Source of the DNA: Octopus sinensis
Taxonomy: Eukaryota
Length of the DNA stretch: 64,000 nt
Direction of reading: 5' to 3'
Assembly: GCF_006345805.1 (NCBI RefSeq)
Contig: NC_042997.1
Coordinates: 39,618,001-39,682,000, forward strand
Shown here: positions 25,592-38,178 of the stretch, piece by piece
Position numbering within the stretch: position 1 is the stretch's first letter
Layout of the letters: each line of letters opens with the position of its first letter
Program-made: the position numbers and the translations under genes
The notes under the pieces: generated by a model
Seen by the model: the letters and a program-made list of their open reading frames with translations, nothing else
What the model was told of the DNA's origin: nothing
Databases searched by the model: none

Positions 25592-26503
25592 ACAGGTGGG
25601 CTGAGGACAACAACATGCAGTTTAATGCAGGTAAGTTCCAGGCCCTGCTCTACTGGCACACAAAGGTAAATGACGTGAAGACTGGATACACTGGCCCAGG
25701 AAGAATTGCAATCCCTGAGTCAAAATCAGTGCGTGACCTGGGCATTGACATGAGCAATGATGCATCTTTCCAAATGCATATTGCTAATCTGGTGATAAAA
25801 TGCAGACGGCTAGCTGGATGGATTCTCCGAACTTTCAGAACAAGAGAGAAGAGACACTGATGGTCCTATGGAAAACATTTGTCCTCAGCCGCTTGGACTA
25901 CTGCTCCCAACTTTGGTCACACCACACAATATAAAACAAACAGCAGAACTCGAAGCAACTCAGAGAAGCTACACAAAGAAAATCGTCTCAATGCAAAATG
26001 TCAGCTACTGGGAAAGACTGAAGGTATTAAACCTCTTCTCCCTGGAGCGGAGGCGGAGAGATATGCAGTAATATACATCTGGAAAATCCTGGAGGGTCTT
26101 ATCCCAAACTTTGGCATTCAAAGTTACTCCAACCGCAGAACGGGGCGCCGCTGTGTGGTGCCAAGTTCCAACATCACCATCAAAATACAGGTCCATACTG
26201 CAACAGCTTGGGTTTCAGAGGACCACAGCTTTTCAACATCCTCCCTAAATGCCTGAGAGACTTACATGGTGTGGATGTGGGTTTCTTTAAAACTAAACTG
26301 GATCTCTTCTTGTTGGGAGTCCCAGATGAACCTACCTCACGACAGGAGACACGGATGCGGGCAGCAGCATCGAACTCCCTTGTTGATCAAGTGCCACGTA
26401 TCAGAGGTGGATTCACAAACTAGTGTGGCTCATTCAGCGGTGGTGCCCCAGCATGGCCGCGGCCTTCGGGCTAAAACATTTTTAAGGATTTAAGGATTTA
26501 AGG

Positions 26504-26504
<1 letters not shown>
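25592..26504 (+). mobile_element. 5'-truncated related LINE 3' end with (TTTAAGGA)n tail
   Basis: [58 protein letters not shown] and GVPDEP. Flanked by (TA)n on both sides. Confidence 0.9.
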
Positions 26505-26537
<33 letters not shown>

Positions 26538-26905
26538 ATTTATATATAAATATATACACACATATATATACATGTGTGTGTACATATACACATATGCACA
26601 TGCACACACATACACGCATAAACACACATACATACACACACACATATTTATATACTTACATTCATTAAAAGATACAGGTATGGAACACTTACATTCAAGA
26701 CTCTCAGTTTCTGTGCAGCAATTCAACACTGGCTGCACTTCATCAGCTTTTGCAAGTTTAATGCATGATTGATGCACACTTAGTATGGAAGCCCTGAATG
26801 CCAGTGTTCCATACCTGAGTCTTGAAATGAATTTAGACCTCTATTTCCAATGATACTGAATTCTGCTTCTTTCCTTGTTGTTTGCCCATATATTTGTATA
26901 TATAT

Positions 26906-27297
26906 ACTAGCAGTATCGCCCGGCGTTGCTCGGGTTTGTTTCGACCCTTTAGAATTGGAATTTTTGAAAAGTAAAAATTTTGCATTATGTAGCTTGTTAT
27001 TCTCTTTAAGTGAACATTTTTCTGGTTGAAATACACCGAAAAATGGCGACACAGCAGTCAAAAAATCGTAAAAAATAGGGATTTTCATAGAAAAAAAGCA
27101 CCTTTTTGGTGTAAATAATTTTTGGTCTTAACATGGTCCAATTTGACTTTTATCTTCTACAGAATGAAGAGCAAGCCTTCTTCTATCATACTCTCAATTT
27201 TGGTCAACTTGCACCACAGGGCCTCGGAGGAGATAGTGTTAGTTGAAGGCTACCAAACCTGCCACATACAGACAACTTCAGCTTAATATATATAGAT
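26906..27297 (+). mobile_element. Helitron-like non-autonomous element, copy 3 (different subfamily interior)
   Basis: Identical 5' ACTAGCAGTATCGCCCGGCGTTGCTCGGGTTTGT; ends TTAATATATATAGAT. Confidence 0.6.
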
Positions 27298-27333
27298 ATA
27301 GTTAACCTATCTCTTTAGTGTTTAGCAAAAATG

Positions 27334-27636
27334 TGGATGTGCAATGGCCCAGTGGTTAGGGCAGCAAACTTGGGGTCGGAGGATCGTGTTTTCGATTCCC
27401 AGACCGGGTGTTGTGTGTGTTTATTGAGCGAAAACACCTAAAGCTCCACGAGGTTCCAGCAGGAGGTGGTGGCGACCTCTGTTGTACTCTTTCGCCACAA
27501 CTTTCTCTCACTCTTTCTTCCTGTTTCTTGAGTAACGCTGCGATAGACTAGCATCCCGTCCAGCTGGGGGGAACACATATGCCATAGAAACTGGGAAACC
27601 GGGCCCATGAGCCTGGCTAGGCTTGAAAAGGGCGGG
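27334..27636 (+). mobile_element. SINE family D
   Basis: GCAATGGCCCAGTGGTTAGGGCAG...TTTCGATTCCCAGACCGGG head. Confidence 0.85.
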
Positions 27637-28228
27637 AAAAAAAATGTATGTATAAACTGTTTCACCTAATAGCTTATTCAACCAATGAAGACAAAGAATA
27701 AATTGTTAAGCAAAAATTGAAGTCCTGTCAGCAAGGAATTTATAATAATTTTGGGTCTACTCTTAATACTGAGACCCCCCCCCACCTGGCCATCAGAGAA
27801 TGCTCCATTGTTATTGCTAAACTAGCTTTAAAATAATAACCTCGACTTAACATTTGCACATGCACACACACATGCACTCACACACACATGCATATGCACA
27901 CACATGCACACACACACACATGCACACACACACACGCACGCACACACATGCACACACGCACACACACACATGCACACACGCACACACACACATGCACACA
28001 CTCTGAATAAAGTTTAAGGTTTCACTCTTCTGGGTGGCAAAGGTACAATAAATGTATGAATTTTAATTTGGTATAAGAAATCTGACCCCAAAGCAATCAA
28101 ATGGTGTTGGGAAAATGTTCTAAGCTAAAGAAGGAGTATAAAATGCATTTGGAAAGAAGTTTCGGGAGATTGAAAATATTCACTGGTATATATATATTTT
28201 TAGGAGGCTTTGATACTGTACACACACG

Positions 28229-28260
<32 letters not shown>

Positions 28261-28426
28261 TGCACACACACACATACACTCACATCTATCTATCTATCTA
28301 TCTGTCTGTCTGCTGCCTGCCTGCCTGCCTGCCTGCCTGTCTGTCTGACTGTCTGTCTGTCTGTTTGTCTGTCTATCTATCTATCCATCCATTTATCTAT
28401 CTATCTATCTATATGTATATATATAC

Positions 28427-28474
<48 letters not shown>

Positions 28475-28486
28475 TATATTATATAT

Positions 28487-28532
<46 letters not shown>

Positions 28533-28895
28533 CATAAATATATATATATATATATATGAGAGACAAATGAATTATTTGGTATAGCTACAAATGTTTCATT
28601 TAGAGATTTTATTGCAACATTACATTGCACAGACAGACATGTGAGACGTGCAATATCTATAAGATTATGCAATGCATATCAATTAAAATTCCAAATCTTC
28701 AGGCCATACCATAATGTAGACAGATAAATATTGATATGCTGCTATGTTGAAGAGCATAGTAACTCATCTGATTTATGTCATATTGTCTAGCCACCAAATA
28801 TGTTGCACGTTACTTTGAGTTGTGGTAGTCTACTAGATGGACCCCATTAATCTTTCCCTCTCTCTCTCTCTCTCTCTCTGTAAATATATATATAT

Positions 28896-29307
28896 AGGCG
28901 CAGAAGTGGCTGTGTGGTAAGTAGCTTGCTAACCAACCACATGGTTCCGGGTTCAGTCCCACTGCGTGGCATCTTGGGCAAGTGTCTTCTGCTATAGCCT
29001 CGGGCCGACCAATGCCTTGTGAGTGGATTTGGTAGACGGAAACTGAAAGAAGCCTGTCGTATATATGTATATATATATATGTGTGTGTGTATATGTTTGT
29101 ATGTCTGTGTTTGTCCCCCTAGCATTGCTTGACAACCGATGCTGGTGTGTTTACGTCCCCGTCACTTAGCGGTTCGGCAAAAGAGACCGATAGAATAAGT
29201 ACTGGGCTTACAAAGAATAAGTTCCGGGGTCGATTTGCTCGACTAAAGGTGGTGCTCCAGCATGGCCGCAGTAAAATGACTGAAACAAGTAAAAGAGTAA
29301 AAGAGTA
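28896..29307 (+). mobile_element. SINE family A
   Basis: Full family A sequence. Confidence 0.9.
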
Positions 29308-30260
29308 TAGTCAGCTAACTAGCTAGATAATTATAGATATTGGAATATAATTTTGAAGTTGGAAGTTTGTATATAGGGTTGCAAGTCTACCTTGATTGAG
29401 CAGACCTATGAAGGAAGGCTTTCCAGCCTTGATCATTCCATCTTTTTTTTTGTTCCAGGCATAGTATATCCAGGACAACATTATCTAAGGTATTTTTGAA
29501 TTTTAAAACAGTAGGGTTTGATTTGAGGAATATTTGACTGTCATTTGTAACTGTCTGAGGAACCTTGTAGAGGTTCCTCATTGGTTTGAAGAATCTAATA
29601 TTTCTTAGGTGACAAGGTTAATATATTGTATTTGGAACATGGACAAATCAGAGATTAAAAGAAACTAAAGAAATTCTCATAATATTAGGGATTAATTTGG
29701 TAAGTTGATGTTTATATATGTTATCATAAATAGCTTTCCTTCAATCTACAGCATATTTTTAACTGACTTGTTGGATGTAAAGCAAAGATAATCAGGAGAG
29801 TAAGAACTGTTCATGCTGTCTTTTTCCCATTACTATGCCATGACTGATAAGATGATAACATTTTGTGCTAAACTGATAAGAAGTTAAGTCTGCTCGGTTT
29901 TCCTAGCTTCAATCATTTGTAGACCTTCTTCCTACTTCTGTTTATTTGTGTCTTTTTGTTTGCTCATTTTACAGTAAGAAATTTCTGTTATCATATGTAT
30001 CTCAGAAATTCAAATCTGATTTCAGAAGTAAAAAAAAAAAAAAAAAAAGACAAAAAAAAGGAGAGAAATGTGAGTTTATCTGGATTCAAGATGACTAGAA
30101 TCAGTTAAAGGATAAATGTAAAAGTACTGAATACTGAGATTAACGGATTGCTTAAAAACCTGGAACATTTTTTTTGTTTGAAATTTAGAATGAAAAAAAA
30201 TGTGAGGCAACTTTAAAATGAAAGGAAAAACAGATTTTACTATGTTTACAATAATTTGAA

Positions 30261-30670
30261 TTTGGTTATAAGGCTAAATTTCTATTTTATATCTAAATAA
30301 GAAGAATGTGAAATCAGTACAACCTCTTTTTGCATAAACACTTGCTCATCTTATTACCAAAGGAGATATTTATTGGGTAAAACTTTGCACCTGCAATTAG
30401 AATTTTGTAAACATAGTTGTTCATCTACCTTTTGTCGTTTACTTGCTTCAGTCATTGGACTGTGGCCATGCTGGGGTATCACTTTGAAGAGTTTAATAGA
30501 ACAAGTTGACTCCAGGGCTTATTTGTCTTTAGTTTGGAACTTGTTCCATTGGTCTCTTTCCTGAATCACAAAGGTACAGGGATGTAAACAAACCAACATT
30601 GGTTGTCAAATGGTGGTGTGGTGGTGGTGGGGTACATAGACACAAATATACATCTCTCTCTATCTCTATC

Positions 30671-30716
<46 letters not shown>

Positions 30717-31163
30717 TAAATTAGAGACAAAACCACTATTAGGCAAATCATACAATGAAAAACTTAAGCCAATACATAAGATTATTTAATTTATATTATT
30801 TAAATATATAACAAAATTATTTAAAAAATATAATCAATATAACACTACGATCGTTTCATGGCTGTTAATTTCTTTAAATTTTCGAGTTACAGTCATTCAT
30901 TAGGTGGACTGGAGTCAACTTGTTCTATTAAACTCTTCAAAGTGATACCCCAGCATGGCCACAGTCCAATGACTGAAGCAAGTAAACGACAAAAGGTAGA
31001 TGAACAACTATGTTTACAAAATTCTAATTGCAGGTGCAAAGTTTTACCCAATAAATATCTCCTTAGGTAATAAGATGAGCAAGTGTTTATGCAAAAAGAG
31101 GTTGTACTGATTTCACATTCTTCTTATTTAGATATAAAATAGAAATTTAGCCTTATAACCAAA
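30261..31163. repeat. 255-bp near-perfect inverted duplication (30261-30515 / 30909-31163)
   Basis: The reverse complements match base by base, with one mismatch seen (TTACCAAAGG vs TTACCTAAGG). Confidence 0.95.
30843..30906 (-). ncRNA. Degenerate minimal hammerhead ribozyme motif (core CUAAUGA)
   Basis: Minus strand: CAC-CTAATGA-ATGACTGT...ACAGCCAT-GAAAC-GATC-GTA-GTG. Stem III is the palindrome ACGATCGT. G5 is replaced by A. Confidence 0.6.
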
Positions 31164-31281
31164 CTTGGCGAGGTTTATAAATTATAATTTAATATAATAT
31201 ATTATTTTACTATAAAATTGGATTCAATCCTAAATCTGATTTTTCCCTGTAAGTTTGGATTTAATCCCTAATATTTATTAT

Positions 31282-31315
<34 letters not shown>

Positions 31316-32074
31316 TAGCCTTGAAGTTGCCCTTCGGGTGGCATTCTGTCTAGGTCCTGTGGTGGGCATCTCTGAGGCCTTGGGGATCCGTTTTCCATGT
31401 TTCTTTTTTTTTTTCATTTTATTCTCATGATGAAAATTTGCGACACTTTCACAGAGTTATATGTGCTTCCAAACTCACTGTAGTAATTAATTCACTTCAT
31501 ATTTTTAGACCTGAATCTCCATCTGTTCTAAGCAAGTGAAATGTATGACTATCACAGCTTTCATAATTTTTCCATCACTTCACTATTTCTGAGAAAATAT
31601 TAAAACGAGATTGAGATAAAATGAATAGGATCCATTTCATCTCAGTCTCATTCTATTTTCTATTACAAATCTTTAGGGGGATACTGTTACCGGAACAGGA
31701 AGATTAATTTTCCACCTAGACATAAGTTCCATAAACTGCAAAATATAAATACCCACACTACCACTCTGAAGCGTACCTGTTATAACGCTTTATCTTGATT
31801 TGAATGTACATGAAGGTATTTAGAACACCCAATCTTATTTCTGCAAATGTACTAAGCATTGATGCTGATCATAGTTTAATCATAGTTTAATAAGCGTATG
31901 AGAGAGGTAAATGCAGTAAAAATAGATGGAGTCAGAGGGACCCCATTTAAGAGGCCCTTCAGAAACTGAACCTCCTTATGATACTCCCTTGGAGGTCATG
32001 GTATGAAATTCATTGTCATTGCTCCGATTTGGTCATCAATGCAGTGTATTTAGTTTAAAATGCAGTAAAAATAG

Positions 32075-33225
32075 TGGGGGCTTCCAAAATTCAACTTGTC
32101 CGTGATGAAAAATATTCCTCCAGTACTATTCTGACCTTGTCTAAAGAATTCTTATTTTTCCCTGTCCAAATGATTTTGAAGACTGTGGAATAAATGATAA
32201 TCAGACAGGGCAATGTCTGGTGAATATGGTGGGTGGGGCATTGTTTCCCCATTCAAACTGCTCCAACCTTTGCAATGTCATCCTCGCTGTATGTGGCCAA
32301 GCATTATCCTGGTGGAAGAACACATTTTGTCTTGAAACCTAAGATGGTTGCTTTTCTTCTAGTGCTGACTTAAGCGGCTCAAGCTGCTCGCAGTAGATCT
32401 CTTTTGTTATTCTTTGGTCTGGGTTTAAAAGTTGAAAGTAGACTAAACCTTTCCTATCCCACCAGATAGATAACAACATCTTATGTGGGTGAAGACCTTC
32501 TTTAGCCTGGGATACCAGTATTTCTCCTTTCCCTACCCGCTGTCTTCACTGCTTGATATTTTTGTAGAGAACTCATTTCTTGTCACCAGTCACTATTTGG
32601 TCCAAAAAAGGTTCATTCATGAGACATGACAGCAAAGAAAAGCACACATTCACTCTCTGCTCGTGATTAGACCCGGAAAGTTTTTGAGGGACCCATTGAT
32701 TCAATTTGCTAACTTTTCCAATGGCACACAGGTGTTGATGAATGGTTGAATGACCAAATCTATGCTTCTCTGCTAGTTCCTCAACAGTTACGATGGGATT
32801 TTGTTCCACTAGGGTTTATAGGACGCTTTCATCAAGCTGTACAGATCTTCTAGGATGAAGCTTGTCTTCTTGGCTGTAGTTTCCGGCTTAGAATTTCTGG
32901 AACCACTGTTGACATTCGCTTATGCATATTGCCCGATCCCCATATACTGCATTAATATTCCTCGCACTTTCCATTGTCTTTAATGCCTTTATTGAACCCA
33001 TAAAGAAAAATATGCCGAATATGCTCCTTTGTAAGTTCCATTATAGTTTTGAAAAAATAACTGTTAAAATCAAACTGCACTCTTCAAAACTTGCACTAAG
33101 AATAAGTACAAGGTAAAATTACTACCTGCTTGTTTAGTAAGTTGATGCAGATAGTTTATCTTGTCCCCCTACGACTTTTAGTTCATGCAGTTGAAAAAAA
33201 ACACATTATTTATGGGATGACCCAA
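32075..33225 (-). mobile_element. Mariner (Tc1/mariner) transposon, decayed transposase, one TIR visible
   Basis: MELTKEHIRHIFLY at 33041; NPIVTVEELAEK...WVPQKLS...EPFLDQIVTGDKK; HQDNAWPHT; HPPYSPDIALSDYHLFHSLQN. Mariner-type TIR TATTGGGTCATCCCATAAATAA at 33206-33227. Confidence 0.9.
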
Positions 33226-33810
33226 TACATATATATACATAAATACACACACATAATTCTTTACTTATTTCAGTCATTAGACTGCAGCCATGCTGGGGTG
33301 CTGTCTTGGAGAATTTTAGTTGAATGAATCAACTGGAGTACATATTATTTAAAACCAAACTGCTAAGTTACAGGGACATAGACACTAGTTGTGAAATGAT
33401 GGCGGTAATGGTGGTAGTGGTGGTGGTGAAGAGGAGAAATACAGACACAAATATGCACACACACACACACATATATATATGACGGGCTTCTTACAGTTAC
33501 TGTCTACTAAATCACTAAATCACTCAGCCATGTCTGTTCAAAATTATCTATATATTCAATTTGTTAAAGTGTAACATTTAAAACATTTGAAAATGTCTGT
33601 TTTTGATATGAATGCTTTTGCTTAAATGATATGGACTCTTTCAAAAGGTTATAATAATGCCTGAAATTTGAAGAAAATTGCTGAATTTATTTTGAATCAT
33701 GTATAATAAGAAAATGCTGTAAAGAAAACCATGCATAATTTTGTCAATGATAAGTATTCTAAATTATAATACTCATAGTAAATTTGCTTTTGAATTTCAA
33801 TCTTCTACAA

Positions 33811-34326
33811 ATCTTTATATATAAAACTGTAGTTGTGTGAGTGTCTGTCCCCTTCGATTTAGATTCCTAACTACTCCCACATTTTGCGGTGCAGTTTAAC
33901 CAAATTCGGGTATCTTATAGTCGTGATTCATATCAAGCCCGTCTGAGTATTAGCGTGCGTCTACCATGAGTCTACGATTTAAAAAATAATTTAACATCAT
34001 TTTTTATTCCATTTTAATGCATAATTTTTCGTGTGTCGATGGCGGCGGAGTTGGCGTCCATGGTCACAGCTGCACCTGTGTTGCTTTTCCCCCTTCTTCC
34101 CTCCCTCGTGAAGCTGTGGGGAAGGGAGTGTAAGGAAATCAACGTCGTAATGCGTTGTCAAGGAGACCAGCGTTCTTTTAGAACAACGACTTCATGGCTT
34201 GAAGACACCAAAACAGAAATGGCTAAGAAAGCCCGAATTGGCATCTATAAGGGAAGTAACTCTCTAAAAATGCTTATATAGTTATTTCCCTTACAAACCC
34301 GAGCAACGCCGGGCGATACTGCTAGT
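33811..34326 (-). mobile_element. Helitron-like non-autonomous element, copy 4, with GC-richer internal segment
   Basis: Reverse complement of the copy 1 termini; the interior 34030-34250 is not seen in the other copies. Confidence 0.65.
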
Positions 34327-34749
34327 TAATAATATATTCATTTATAGTGTAACTAACCCAAAGGAACCTTAAATTTGTATATCTTTTGAGATGTTGGATA
34401 GAAATTCATGATAGTAACAGGCTACAAACATTATTCCAAAAATAAAATTGCATGTAAGAAAGAGTTCAGGTGAGTTAGTTGATATGCCAGATGAGTAAAA
34501 GCATCTTGTATTTCAGGTACTTGTCCTTTATCCAATAAAAATGATTTATAGAAATGCTGACACTTGGTTGCAAAATTGCAAGTGAAACATGGCATGACAT
34601 AAGAGTGTCGTAGGGGTGGGGGTCTGATGTAGGTAGAAAGGGAAAAGCCAGAGGGAGGTGATATGAATAGTACAAAAGGTGAACAATAGAGCAGGTAAAA
34701 AGTTTATGAGTGATGGCAGAGTGTGGGAGAAAAGTTTGTAACAAGTTAA

Positions 34750-34970
34750 CCCTTTCATTACTGTATTTATTTTGAGATTCTCTGTTTTTCTCTCAGTTAT
34801 TTTAAATGTATCAAAGAATTTAGTAAAATAACTTAGTTATCATTAATCTAGTGTTAGGAACATAAATTGTGACTAAGGTTTGGTGGAAGATTTTAATTCA
34901 AAACTTATGAAAACAAGACATTTGTACTACAAAGCCAGAGCCGGTTTCAGCTGGGTTAGTAACGAAAGGG
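34750..34970. mobile_element. piggyBac-like MITE
   Basis: TTAA on both sides; reverse orientation of 13164-13385. Confidence 0.8.
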
Positions 34971-35519
34971 TTAAAGTCAGTTGAAATGAAAGGTAGGTGA
35001 TGAGGGACAAAACCAAGTGATGTGAGAGATTGTATTAATAGCATAGAGCAAAAGGAAGAGGTAGACCAAACATACACTGTACTTATTCTATTTCTTCACC
35101 TCATCTATTTTTCTTTAAAAAATTATTGGATGATCTCTAAAATACCATTATCGAATATAAGATCTTATTTTTTACAGTACATTATACAATGAACATTTTT
35201 AATCAAACAATAATGCAGCTAATCATTCTTAATACATTCTAGCAGATTTGAATGCACCTGATCAGTGTTGTTATTTGCTATCAGAGAACACCTCTTTCTT
35301 AAAAGTAATGTGTGTACACAACACACATGATTCAACAGTATAAGGGGACTTCAAGAGAACATGGTGTTTTGATTGCCTTGTGTGTTTCTTCTACAGAAGC
35401 TACCTTGGATAGATGAATCTCACAAGAGTATAAGCTCTTGTTTATAGGAATCAATAAATAAACCATTTGCTGATCTATGAAGATGTCTGCCAAACAGATA
35501 AAATGAGGTGCATGCAGAA

Positions 35520-35931
35520 TACTCTTTTACTCTTTTACTTGTTTCAGTCATTTGACCGTGGCCATGCTGGAGCACCACCTTTAGTCGAGCAAATCAACCC
35601 CGGGACTTATTCTTTGTAAGCCCAGTACTTATTCTATTGGTCTCTTTTGCCGAACCGCTAAGTGACGGGGACGTAAACGCACACCAGCATCGGTTGTCAA
35701 GCAATGCTAGGGGGACAAACACAGACACACAAACACACACACACATACATATATATATACATATATACGACAGGCTTCTTTCAGTTTCCGTCTACCAAAT
35801 CCATTCACAAGGCATTGGTCGGCCCGGGGCTATAGCAGAAGACACTTGCCCAAGATGCCACGCAGTGGGATTGAACCCAGAACCATGTGGTTGGTAAACA
35901 AGCTACTTACCACACAGTCACTCCTGCGCCT
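35520..35931 (-). mobile_element. SINE family A
   Basis: Family A reverse complement. Confidence 0.9.
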
Positions 35932-36129
35932 ATGATAAAAATTCAAACAATAACATAGGAGATCATTGTTAATGAGGGAATTATTGATTGATAAGTATAT
36001 AATAGGGCATGTAAATGTTTATCGTATAAAATTATGATTGTTTTTTAAAAAACTCATATAATCCAAACACAATTGGAACATGAAGGTTTGAAAGAGTTTT
36101 GAAAGATATTAGCTTGTCAACAGAGTGGT

Positions 36130-36800
36130 TACACTAAATTTCCTTGTTTTATTTATTTATCTATTTCTTGTTTATAAGATAGTTGTGTTAAAAGAGATCT
36201 TTGGATGAAGAAGGAATGGCTTGGAAGAAAAGATCTTATGCTGGAAAGCAAAACACCATGAAACCTCCCCCTCCTTGGCAACACGAGAAAATGTCTTGCT
36301 TCCATATCAGAGTAGGTTTGATCAAACGATTTGCTGAAAACTTAGATAAGGTAAATGACTCTTTCAAATATTTATACGAAATTTTTTCCTGCTCCAAGTC
36401 AAGAAACATTGAAAGCAGATATCTTTGATGGGTCTATGATAAAAACATTAATGAAAAATGAGATATTTATGAATTTACTTAAACCTGTTAAGGAATTTTC
36501 CTAGATAGAATTTACAGAAGTTATGGAAAACGTTTGAGACAATATCAAATCCCAAAACTATAAAGATCCACTTAATAGTTTTGTTTTCCCTTTCCAAAAG
36601 CTAAGTAGTAATAAGAGTATTAATATGCACTTCCTCTATAGCCATTTAGACTACTTTTCTGCTATATTAGGGGTTGTTAGTGAAGAGTGTTTCCACTCAT
36701 ACATAAAAACTATGGTATAAAATGTACTAGAGATGGTGGAATATAAATATGGTGGCAGATTATTTGTTGGTACCTAAAAAGACGACAAAACAAAAGGATT
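36130..36800 (+). pseudogene. Chapaev3-like (CMC) transposase remnant
   Basis: Translates HIRVGLIKRFAENLDK, KADIFDGSMIKTLM, MHFLYSHLDYF and MVADY, matching the LHIKLGL / GIFDGPQI / HFLHSHLDFF / MADYCW blocks. The family assignment is from memory. Confidence 0.65.
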
Positions 36801-38178
36801 CAAAATTGACAATCCAATAAGAGAAAGCTACCTTCTTAAATAGGGCACTTGCCAAACCAACCTTACTTTTATGCTTATTCTACATCCTCAGATGTTGAAT
36901 GAACACGAAATGGATGGGACTTGCTGGCTAGGAGATGCATTTCTTCCTACTACAAAGTATTGTTTACTATTATCTTTCATATCAGTGATGCTTGATGAAT
37001 TTACTGTTTTTGTTTTGGCTGGATCATAAAAAACACAACACTTGTGTTACAAAAGATACTAACTTTTAACAAATTTGTAGCTATTTTATTGGAGCTAAAT
37101 CTTCCACTAAAATAGCTAAAATGTCTATATTAGTTAACCAGTTGTAACATATAACTACAGTTTCTTTTCTACTAATATACACACTTCATTTGCCCTTTCT
37201 CACTGATATTTGAAAGTGGATTTCTGATTAAACTTGTGGTACACAAATTCAAAGAGCAGACTTGAAATCAGCACTCAAAACTTTGTTAAGATAAACACCT
37301 TTTATGAGAAAAGCCAAATATATTCTTTTTTCTTAAATGTAATCCTGTGCAATTTACTCTTGTTAAGCTGAGTCACATGTTACAATTGAACAAACTGGGC
37401 ACAGGCATGGCTACACTGGTTAAGAAGTTCTCATTGTTGTTTCATGGTTCTGGGTTCAATTCCATGTTACAGCATCTTGAGCAAGTGTCTTCTACCATAA
37501 CCTCTTTACTGTTGTATGTATTTGACATAATCACAATTATAGGAAGAGAATCCAGCCACAAATATTCACTGAACATATTATACAATAAAATGTATTTTCA
37601 ATAAATCAGCTATTCATTAAATACACAAATCATTTATTGAAATCAGAGATAGATCAAAATAGTAAAATATTGTTTGGATAATTTACATAACATACTTAAT
37701 ATAATTAACATGATCATCCTATAATCAATTTTGATAAGTTTTTTTTCTTTTATATTGCAAATTGAGCCAGGAAGTGTTAATTCTCAGACAAGGGAAAATT
37801 CAATTAACTGTGTTTGATTTTGGCTTTATTTTCTTGCAACATCTGATATCATAATTAACATAATTACCACAAAAAATTATGAAGTTAATTAAATTAAAGA
37901 ATAAATAATTTTGGAAGTGTATTTGTTTGGCAAGTGATTTGATTTGAGATGGCATATTGGAACTAAAACAATTGCAACATGGAATACACATAGTAACCAT
38001 TCAAAAGGAACAAAGACTGTTCACTTCACTGAATGTGTATTATTAGTTGTCAAAATTATTTTTGCATGAACTCTGACCTAGTCACTGATGTGATTTCACT
38101 ACATCACTATAATTATTTTATAATTCAAGTAATAATTCACTGTAAAAAAGTAATATCTCCATCCTTAGTTATCTATTT

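Noticed and set aside
26480-26504. Telomeric repeat (TTTAAGGA)n
   Set aside because: Only three units, at a LINE 3' end; it is the retroelement tail, not TTAGGG.
29255-29295. Hammerhead in the SINE A tail (stem-loop-GAAAC-AA-GTA)
   Set aside because: The 3' half looks right, but there is no CUGANGA-like core before the stem; better explained as the LINE-recognition stem-loop.
31315-31900. Autonomous Helitron helicase remnant
   Set aside because: It begins with an ACTAG-type end, but I could not read convincing Rep or Pif1 motifs.
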